DNA of 62,986 nucleotides, counting the filler, from Octopus bimaculoides (Eukaryota): assembly GCF_001194135.2 (NCBI RefSeq). It is 5 parts of 5 records of this genome, joined end to end, with 100 filler letters (N's around TTAATTAATTAA, not from the genome) between each part and the next. Parts side by side here need not be neighbours in the genome. Positions count along the whole stretch, not along the records: positions 38,599 to 57,914 come from NC_068997.1; positions 58,015 to 60,519 come from NC_069005.1; positions 60,620 to 62,986 come from NC_069003.1; 2 more parts are not named here. One strand, given 5' to 3'. A model generated the notes under the pieces. It had not been told where the DNA came from and did not search any database. It worked only from the letters and a program-made list of their open reading frames with translations. A program made the translations under genes and the position numbers. Positions 53,385-62,986 of the stretch are shown in pieces; the first letter of the stretch is position 1; every line of letters begins with the position of its first letter.

Positions 53385-54251
53385 CTAGGTATTCAAGTTA
53401 AATTTGACGACTTTTCTAATGTCTCATTCTTTTAGGAACAGCTTGATGTATTGGTGAACAGTCAATGACATTGCAGGGTATAAAGCTTAGATTTGTAACT
53501 GAGAAAAAGTTAGCTGACATGGAGGACTGGAACACATCAGAATATTAGAAAAGAGTTTCCTGTATTATGATGATTCGCACCGGCTGTCAAAGTGACGACA
53601 CTATGACTGTTGCTTAGTGCTCTGTAAACACTGTAAAGTACGTAAGACGTGACATGGACAGCCACAAACAGAGACTACAAAGCTGTGTTCAGCAGGAAGA
53701 GACAGCAGGTGTTCTGAGGGTGACATCATACCGCCCCACATCTTTGAACAGGGTTTTAAGCTCAATTCAGACGGCTATGTGAAACTGCTGGACACTGCAG
53801 ACCATCCCTGACTTGAGAGGGCTGCTGCTGGAAGGCCATACCTCCTGAAAGAATCAGAGATGGTTGTTGTAGAATTTATACAACTTTACTATCCCTGATT
53901 TCTGGCTTCTTAATTTCTCCGATTGTAATCCCATGGATTATTATGTGTGTGGCGCAGTTGAGAAAGACCCCAACCGCTCTGCATGTAACACACACCAAGG
54001 CCGAGCTGGTGGCCAAGATCAAAGACGTGTTCGAAGATCTTCTCAGGGATATTGTAAGGAACACATGTACCAGATTTCGGAGTTGTGTTGAGGCTGTGGT
54101 AGAAGCTGAAGGCGGCTACTTTGAGTAAACAGTTATCTGCCAACCATAATCTTGTTGATATTTTTTGATGTTTTAAAATAGTTTATTTTTGGGTGGGATA
54201 TTGTTCTATTTTGCTTTTATGCAAACTATCAAATTTAGCCTGAACATCATG
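53385..54251 (+). mobile_element. internally deleted maT-like (probably DD37D) Tc1/mariner element
   Basis: SEGDIIPPHIFEQGFKLNSDGY..FSDCNPMDYYVCGAVEK..FRSCVEAVVEAEGGYFE*; diverged TIRs (ggtattcaagttaaatttgac / atcaaatttagcctgaacatc). Confidence 0.7.
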
Positions 54252-54715
54252 TACATAACTATAAACTATGCACTGTACTGCTTCTTGCAGTGATGTGCAA
54301 GAATACCAGACACCATATTATATAAATATGCATGTGTGTATGTGTATATTCTTTTATTTGTTGCAGGCATTAAACTGCAGCTATGCTGGTGCACTGCCCT
54401 GAAAGTTTTAGTCGATCAAATTGATCTCAATACTTACTTGTTACATGAGACGGGGTCCTTTTGCTGAACAGCTAACTTAAAGGGCCGTGACCAAACTAAC
54501 ACCAGTTGTTAATTGTCAAGTCATATGAGAAAGGGATGTGAGTCAAACAGAAACACACACACATACACACACACACATACACACACACACACACACACAC
54601 AAAAGTTTGCGAATGTTTGTGTGTTTGCATGTATATACATGCACGTGTATGCATGCATAAATATATCTATGCGTATATGCATGCATGTATGTATGAATGT
54701 ATACGAAAACAGAGA

Positions 54716-54805
<90 letters not shown>

Positions 54806-55649
54806 TATTCATTTATTCGTCACAATTTTCAAGGGTTTTGTCGATTATGTCGGCCTAATACTTATGTCATTCTAGTTCTTTATCACACTCTGTGTGACAA
54901 ATTGTTGAATTACAGGACATACGCAGTACCTAATCTTCATGCTGTAAAAGTAAACATAGATACACTCAAAAGTATGCCGACATACATACACAAAAACTCA
55001 AATGCACATACACACACGCACCCCCTACACGCACGCATGTATATTTAAGTCAACAGCTAAGCATCACCTGATGTTCTAAAATGCAGTATAAATCTTCGAT
55101 TATATTGAGATCCGGTGACTGGCGGCGGGGGAGATCTATCCAAATAGTCTACTTCAATTTTGTGCTCTTGGTATCAGTTTTGAATAACAGTGGCCGGTGA
55201 ATCGACACATGATCATCTTGGAAGAATGTACTTCCACCGGGGAGCAAAGTTTGTATTATTGGATAGATACGATCAGCCAAAATAATCAGGTACTATTTGG
55301 TGTTAACTCTGCCTTGTAGAACAACTAAAAGGCCAAGACAATTCTTTGATTTTTTTTTAAACCTTGTACTTACCCATATACGAAACGCTAAGTTATGGAG
55401 ACATCAACAAAGCAACACTAGTTGTCCAGCGGTGACGGAGGATAAACACAAATATACATACATGCATACATGCATACATACATACACACACTCATATACA
55501 TACATACATACATACATACATACATACATCTAATTAATATAATTAATAGCGACGGAAGCAGTATTAATACCTAAAGAAAATATCTATCCCCATTTAAAAG
55601 TGAATGCTGTGACCTATCTATCTATCTATCTGTCTGTCTTTCTGCCAGC

Positions 55650-55690
<41 letters not shown>

Positions 55691-55718
55691 AGTCTGTCTG
55701 TCTGTCTGTCTGTCTGCT

Positions 55719-55774
<56 letters not shown>

Positions 55775-55781
<7 letters not shown>

Positions 55782-55915
55782 GACAGACTTCATTCAGTTT
55801 CTGTCTCCCACGTTTCCCAAATTCACTCACAAGACTTTGGTCGACCATGTTGTAGGACTGAAACTGGAACTACGTGGCTGGGAAGCAAGCTTTGTTTTTT
55901 ACCACACAACCATGA
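55775..55915 (-). mobile_element. family B SINE 5' part (further fragments at ~54350-54520 -, ~55295-55450 -, ~57277-57395 +, ~59425-59815 +)
   Basis: cgacagacttcattcagtttc..attcactcacaagactttggtcgacc..accacacaacc. Confidence 0.7.
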
Positions 55916-55921
55916 CTACGC

Positions 55922-55990
<69 letters not shown>

Positions 55991-56399
55991 GCATGTGTAC
56001 ATACATACATACATACATACATACATACATACATACATACATACATACATACATACATACATGCATGCATACATACATACATACATACATAAACACACAT
56101 ACATACATACATACATACATACATACATACATACATACATACATGTCATGTCATATTCCGACTGCACAAGGACAACAACCATTTTTGCAAGCCAAACTGC
56201 AAAAGGTGCCTGTGGCAATGATGCTTTGAAATAGTGTTAGGTTTGAACTTTGCTCAAAGTCGTTATCTTCACTGTGAAGGAAATAGAACCATCGGGGCAT
56301 GTGCATGTGTGTGCGCCTGTGTAAAGGCACAACAAACCCATTCATCCATTCTCCAGAGGTGCCCTGTTAATATTTCACGTTTCCAATCTGCTTTCTATT

Positions 56400-57154
56400 T
56401 AATCTATGTCTGAACTATACAATGCAAAATGTTCATACGAAAGAACAAACTGCTGCTGTGACTCTCAGCCATTTGAGTTTGACCGCGTGACCACTTCCGG
56501 AAGCTACGCTCGCCACCTGCAATTAGTCCCCTCCCCGTGTTTCTTCACCCGTTTTGTCGGACGAGTAAAAACAGAGTGCCTCATGAAACACATTTTGAAG
56601 CATTTGAGGAGTTCGTTCCTGCACTGCTAACTGAATGTGTTCAAGCTCAGCTAAATGATTGCTCCCTCTTGGAGATGGAGGTAAAGAATTAATGATGGTT
56701 TGAGTGAAATCGGATGCATTTTTTAAAACTCACCTTTCGTTATGTTTATAATGTTCAGTATGTGTTAAAAGCGTATAAATTTTGAATTTTGTTTATAATT
56801 TTATTTTCATTCTTGTTGGAGCCTTCTCATTTGTCCACGACAGCTTTTTTTCAATTCGGGAGCAATCATTTTCTTTACCTCCATCTCCAAGAGGGAGCAA
56901 TCATTTAGCTGAGCTTGAACACATTCAGTTAGCAGTGCAGGAACGAACTCCTGAAATGCTTCAAAATGTGTTTCATAAAGCTAAGGAAAGATTTGAAGCA
57001 TGCAGGGATACAGACATGTTGAAAATTTTCAATTAAAGTCTGACGTAAGATTTATAAATCTATTTGTTTTGGTAATAAACATAAAATTCTGTCAGTTTTT
57101 TAAAAAAATTTACTTAATTTCATTGAAACAGATAGTTAATTCTGGAACACCCTG
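56400..57154 (+). mobile_element. internally deleted Tc1/mariner-superfamily remnant; left end uncertain
   Basis: Right terminus ..agttaattctggaacaccctg + TA; C-terminal-like peptide NHLAELEHIQLAVQERTPEMLQNVFHKAKERFEAC. Confidence 0.55.
56583..56976. repeat. 106-bp inverted repeat (56583-56688 / 56871-56976), 105/106 identical, 182-bp spacer
   Basis: Manual base-by-base comparison; single mismatch (catttGagg vs catttCagg). Confidence 0.95.
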
Positions 57155-57679
57155 TATGGTGTAGCGTTGCTCGAGGAAATATTAAAATCAAAGATCTTCA
57201 CGCCTAAATATCCCATCTTTTTGTTAAGCATATTGTATCAAGGAGTATATTATCCAACATGTGTCTCTCCTTTATAGGCGTGGCTGTGTGGTCGAGAAGC
57301 TTGCTTTCCAACCACGTCACTTTGGATTCAGTTCCACTGTGCGGGACGTTGGGCAATTCTCTTTTATTACAACTCCGTGCCGGCCAAATCCTTGTGTAAT
57401 TGCCATTACTGTATTGATATACAAATTAACACATACAACTCATTATTGTCATATAATAAACAAATAGATGTTCGTGTATAAAATTGATCTTTTTTCTACT
57501 TCAATTATCATGTGTTTTTTTCTCATAAAATACGCACATACAGGAGGAATAAATCTATATATATAATAACACTTTGAATGTGGGTCCCGAGAAAAAGTAA
57601 AAGTAATTACTCGATCAACGACGGGTATTACTGTTAATATAATATAATACAATATATGATATAACATATATATATATCA

Positions 57680-57914
57680 ACGTTTGCAATGACACCCCGG
57701 TGTCACGCCATTTCCGTTCTGGCGGTCACTCCTTGCAGCAACACCTGTTCATGTTTGGATTGTCCATGCACAGGGGCCATCCGGACTCCTGTTTGCGCCG
57801 TGAACAGGGATTAATCTTCTCTCTTCGCTCCTTTGCGCCATATGGGCTCAACTCCCCTCCCCTCTTCATCTAACCCCCTCCCCTGCCTCTCCCCCACCCT
57901 CCCTCCTACTACCC
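57680..57914 (+). mobile_element. Penelope-like element, GIY-YIG C-terminal fragment plus C-rich 3' region
   Basis: NDTPVSRHFRSGGHSLQQHLFMFGLSMHRGHPDSCLRREQGLIFSLRSFAPYGLNSPPLFI* (stop at 57871-57873); matches the PLE motif PVxxHF..E..LIxxLxTxxPxGLN. Confidence 0.8.
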
Positions 57915-58014
57915 NNNNNNNNNNNNNNNNNNNNNNNNNNNNNNNNNNNNNNNNNNNNTTAATTAATTAANNNNNNNNNNNNNNNNNNNNNNNNNNNNNN
58001 NNNNNNNNNNNNNN

Positions 58015-58064
<50 letters not shown>

Positions 58065-58218
58065 TGATGATGATAATAAAGTCAGTGTTTTGGAATCTAT
58101 GAAAGTCGGCGATAGCAGCATCGGAAAACGCTAGAAACTGGTTGTTTATTAGGGAACAAATTGATAAATAGGAACGTATTTATATACATACATGTGTGTG
58201 TGCGTGTATCTGTGTATC

Positions 58219-58249
<31 letters not shown>

Positions 58250-58275
58250 AAATGTGCGTTTGTGAATGTGGGGGC

Positions 58276-58336
<61 letters not shown>

Positions 58337-58632
58337 GTCCGTTTATAAGTTCGCTTTGTGATCATGTATTCCTAGTTTCCTGGTTTCTAATCCAGTGCAT
58401 CCTGGCTAAATGGCATTTTCCATAGCCACGAATCAGCCCGACCTTTGTACTATTCCTCAGGGACAAGGGTTGGTGTTCTAGGAGTGTATCGCCGTTTGCT
58501 TGTAACCCCATGGGTACCTCAAAATCCATTAGCAAAAGCGCAGAACCCATCGGTACCAAGACATTTCCAATTTCCAAAAGGGATTGACTGCCATATTAAA
58601 TGTATATAAGTGTGTATGTATATATACATACA

Positions 58633-58672
<40 letters not shown>

Positions 58673-58903
58673 NNNNNNNNNNNNNNNNNNNNNNNNNNNN
58701 NNNNNNNNNNNNNNNNNNNNNNNNNNNNNNNNNNNNNNNNNNNNNNNNNNNNNNNNNNNNNNNNNNNNNNNNNNNNNNNNNNNNNNNNNNNNNNNNNNNN
58801 NNNNNNNNNNNNNNNNNNNNNNNNNNNNNNNNNNNNNNNNNNNNNNNNNNNNNNNNNNNNNNNNNNNNNNNNNNNNNATACCTTCTACCTTTCCGTTTTT
58901 CAG

Positions 58904-59079
58904 TTTCTGTTGACTGTGGCAGCAAAGACGGTGGAGTTATGAACGTAAGCTTCAACGTTTCCGATTTACCAAAAGGTTTTTCAGTGTATGCCAACAACAA
59001 TCCTGAAGAATGCAGTTTTCTAGACGACGGAATGTCTTATATTCTTGAGAACGCTCGCAGAAATGGCTGTGCTGTTAAG
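58904..59079 (+). CDS. internal coding exon (phase 1 in, phase 0 out) of a secreted or membrane protein, probably a ZP-N domain
   Basis: Acceptor ccttctacctttccgtttttcag, donor AAG|gtaaaac, open 176-nt frame (x)SVDCGSKDGGVMNVSFNVSDLPKGFSVYANNNPEECSFLDDGMSYILENARRNGCAVK. V-x-C start, three Cys with ZP-N-like spacing and two N-V-S glycosylation sequons. Confidence 0.7.
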
Positions 59080-60455
59080 GTAAAACAAAACTGTTTCGGA
59101 ATTATTTTTCTATCAATTTTGGGTCATTATTTTATTACTTTTTTATTTTTTTATTTTGTGTGCGTATGTGTGTTTACATCGTGTATGTGGAGACGGCTGG
59201 TGCCTCCTATTGGCAATATTGTTAGATTCTAGTGTTAGAGAATAAAAGATAACGTTTATCTTAGGTCTTTCATTTATTATCTATTGTTCCCCTCCCAATA
59301 GAGACATCACAATGTTGCCACAACTATTTAGAATGTTATACGCAGGAAGGATTTTCTTAACTGGCCTACCAAACGCACACCAGAACCACAATGTATCCAA
59401 ACACTTAAATAATATAACATGTTGGAGGTAAGAAGTTTGCTTCCCAACCATGTGGTTCTGTGTTCAATCGCAGTGTGCGGCATCTTGGGCAAGTGTCTTA
59501 CATTATAGCCCTAGGTCAAACAACACCTTCTGACAGGATTTCGTGGACGGAAACTAAAAGAAACCTCATCACGCGCGTCCGTGTGTGCGTGTATCTGTAT
59601 CTGTGTGATTGTGTGTAACTGTATTTCTGTGTATTTGTGTTTCTGTTTATCCCGCATCATCACTTGACAAATCGGTGTAATTTAGTGGCTTGACAAAAGA
59701 GACTGATAGAAAAGTACCAGGCTTAAGAACAGTCACTGATATCGTTTCTTTCGACTAAATCTTTCAGGGCAAAGCCCCAGCATGGCCATAGCCAAAAGGC
59801 TGAAGCAAATAAAAGATAAAAGATATACCCCACCAAAGAAATATCACTCCTACATTCCATAATACTAAATTACAGAAGATATAAATTAAACGATCGAAAT
59901 AGCTTTTTCCAATGAAATAAATTACACGTAACGTTAAACAAAGCAAATCCCTTCAAATCTAAAACGTCGGCTGTTGTCGTCTGCTTTACGCCATTTTGAA
60001 TCCAAGTATGTCTGATGATACGAGGTTTCATAAATCGCGTTGTGTTTCGATTTGCTATGCTTAGCATGCATGAGTTCAAACTAAAGCTAAGTGTAAATGG
60101 AAAAGAAAATTTTCCTAACAATTTTCAGACAAACTAATTACTTGGCGTCTCGCCATTTTTTCCATTTTTTTTCTCCGTTTTTATTTTGTATTTTCAGTGG
60201 GTTAGATTTCCTTTGTTATTACGGTTGTTTGGGGGTGGAGAGTGGAGGCTTATTTACAGTGTGTGGTTGGGTTTCTATTGTAACTGCGATTTTTTTCATT
60301 TTTTTTTCTGTTTTAAATTTTATTTTCATTTTTTTTTCCTTTTGTTCTTCTTATTGTATGAAAAATATGAAAGCTGTATTTCATACACCCCAACCTAACC
60401 CTATGTTGTCGATAACGATTACCATCCCTACTATCATTATTATTATTATTATTAC

Positions 60456-60491
<36 letters not shown>

Positions 60492-61789
60492 CATCATCAT
60501 CATCATCATTTATTATTATNNNNNNNNNNNNNNNNNNNNNNNNNNNNNNNNNNNNNNNNNNNNTTAATTAATTAANNNNNNNNNNNNNNNNNNNNNNNNN
60601 NNNNNNNNNNNNNNNNNNNTTATCTTCAGAAAATATTTATCTGTGACTTTTTTTTTTATAGGTATTATTCTTCTAAATCATACAATTTTTATGTCTATTT
60701 TAAGCAAATCTTTGAGAAATGTAAGTCAATTTTTTGCTTGAATTCTTTTCATTCCTTCTCATAATGACTTGAAGTTGATTTTCATCTGACAATAGTCGCC
60801 TTTTTATTGTTCTGCCGTACTGAATAGTCTCCTTCCGGTCTTTCTTCTTGGAATATACAATTCCTGAATGTCTACTCTATTGAGTAACATTTATTCCATT
60901 TAATAAGTTACTGTTTATTAAATCTAATTCTGGTTCCACATTAAAACTTTCATAAATGTATAAATATGCTAATAGCCCCCATGCTGTACTCGTTATTCAA
61001 ATGAGTTTTAAACGTAGCTTTTGTTTTGTTTGATATTTCTTTAACTATACTTTCTCTATTCACATTTTCATAGCATTTTTACGCACAGCAACACAGTTTA
61101 GCTTTTATTCACATCTAATGCACCTCAAAAGTGCAGACGATATAAATGTATTTACTACCCATAAAATGCAGTTTCTATTATTTATCAGATATGCAATTTC
61201 AAATCGAATTGTCAATCTATTTTGCTAAATATGCCAGCAACTGTCTTCACTTCATTGTGTACCAAAATGAAAGCGAGAGTTAAAATATCCAGGTGAAGCT
61301 GTTATTCACAACTACAGCAAGACTGTGCATTCAGAATTATAGTGAGATCGACTAAGTTACACAACCACGGCAATATACAATGCCAGTTTACAACCATGTA
61401 GAGTTATTAATACTCAGATGTTAATCTTGTAACTTATGTATTTTCTGCCATTTGTGTCAGACTTTCATTTACGCTTTCTATAAGGAGATCGATTCATCTC
61501 AACTTCAGCGGTTTGTAAGGGGAGGTCATTGAACTCTGGTGAAACTGTGGAAAAAATAAATACTAAATGGTTTGATTTTTACTTCGTATTCCAGAAGATT
61601 TCTATGATTTAAACACAGTGAGACTAAATATTTTAAGATTACTGAGCATATCATATATGACTGCCACCCTACACATACACACACACACACGCACACGCAC
61701 ACGCACACCACACACGCACGCGCCCCACACGCACGCGCCCCTCACGCACACGAGCAGAATAAGGTAAGTTGAAATACGTTCGTCACATA

Positions 61790-62210
61790 TTTCAACTGCT
61801 AAAGGCAAATACACTGCAGTTACCAGTTGTTTGCGGGATGGTGAGGTCCCGCCGATACAGTCGACGATATAACGACCGTACAGTTCGGAAGTGGGACTAG
61901 TGAGTTGTGAGAATATTTGGGCCTCAACGTAGCCAATGAACAAGTTCGCATAGTTGTGGTCCATTCTCGTTCCCATAGCCACTCTCCTGCGACCTAGAAG
62001 CAGTTGAGGGAGAGGACAAGTCGGCCAGACGAAGAATTGTGGAGGTGTCAGGTTGAGGGTTAGGCCGAAGGTTCAGAAAGTGCTTAAGCGCAACAAGTCC
62101 TTCGTTGTGTGGGATCACCGTATATAAACTTTTGATATCGAGAGTGAACAGAGGTTGAGAGAAGCTACAAGGAAAGGAGAAAGGAGTTAAATAGATGGAG
62201 AGCATGGTTG
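61790..62210 (-). mobile_element. Penelope-like reverse transcriptase remnant (frameshifted, deleted), approximate ends
   Basis: LFTLDIKSLYTVIPHNEGLVALKHFL..TILRLA, then AMGTRMDHNYANLFIGYVE..YGRYIVDCIG (PLE RT motifs; YIDD degraded to YIVD). Confidence 0.88.
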
Positions 62211-62219
62211 GTATACGAT

Positions 62220-62335
62220 TATATTATATTATATTACATTATATTATATTATATTATATTATAATTATATTATATTATATTATATTATGTTATATTATGT
62301 TATATTATATTATATTATATAAATAATATATATAA
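62220..62335. repeat. (ATATT)n pentanucleotide microsatellite
   Basis: Direct read. Confidence 0.9.
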
Positions 62336-62986
62336 TATAATGTATTTCTTCTGAGAAGAATTTCAATTGTGAACAAAAGTGGTAACATTTATATGTGCAT
62401 TCAAATAAGAAACACACACAAACACACTCGCACCCGCGCAAACACACGCACACTCACATGTATGCACGCATCAGTACACACACTTATAAAAAATAGACAT
62501 ATATCAACGTACATAAAACAAATATATACGTATTCATATATACGTTCGCAAAACATTCATGCAAACATTCATGCACACGTACATTTATTCACGCACATAT
62601 ACATACATGCATAAGTGTACACATAGATGCATACACTCGCACACACATATACATAAAGTTCACACGTTGTGTTGCAAAGGTAATTTGTATTTATTGCAGT
62701 CAATTACTAAAGCATCTTCAATTCTGCCAACACATATTAATCCTTGCAGTTTCTTTTATTTTCTCTCCTCCACCTTTGTTTTACATTTTTCCCGTGAGAA
62801 GTAATGATTTCTACACAAGTGGTGTATTTAAAGTCCATATGTTATGCACTTTTCATCTGCGTGGTCACATTTGAATATTAACTGGATGAAAATGCATTTA
62901 TGTGTGTATATGTATCTATCTGTGCATGTATGTATGTATGTATATGTATATATATATGTACATATATATATATATATATATATATA

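Noticed and set aside
60198-60300. Strong acceptor downstream of the ZP-like exon as a candidate next exon
   Set aside because: The phase-0 translation (WVRFPLLLRLFGGGEW..) has no ZP features and runs into low-complexity T-rich sequence with no donor.

Overview
AT-rich eukaryotic genomic DNA, most likely from an octopus or related coleoid cephalopod. This is inferred from the tRNA-derived SINE families and the extreme microsatellite load; the species cannot be determined from the window alone. The window is almost entirely non-coding and probably intronic or intergenic, with many N gaps, most of them at microsatellites. Only one host exon is well supported: 58904-59079 (+), AG/GT-bounded, encoding a Cys-patterned, N-glycosylated segment resembling a ZP-N domain. 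The rest is a layered transposon landscape: four SINE families, one full-length and three partial Tc1/mariner elements, R4/Dong-type non-LTR pieces embedded in (TAA)n, a HERO-type non-LTR 3' fragment, several Penelope-like RT/GIY-YIG remnants, a hAT-type MITE and a 482-bp foldback MITE. The most interesting signals are structural. There are two minimal type I hammerhead-ribozyme motifs (13226-13262 + and 38170-38215 -), the second inside a ~134-bp inverted repeat that would compete with its folding. There is also a 106-bp inverted repeat with 105/106 identity inside an otherwise decayed transposon. Nearly all ORFs in the supplied track are microsatellite or gap artefacts. All family assignments come from manual motif recognition, not database searches, and coordinates marked approximate are estimates.
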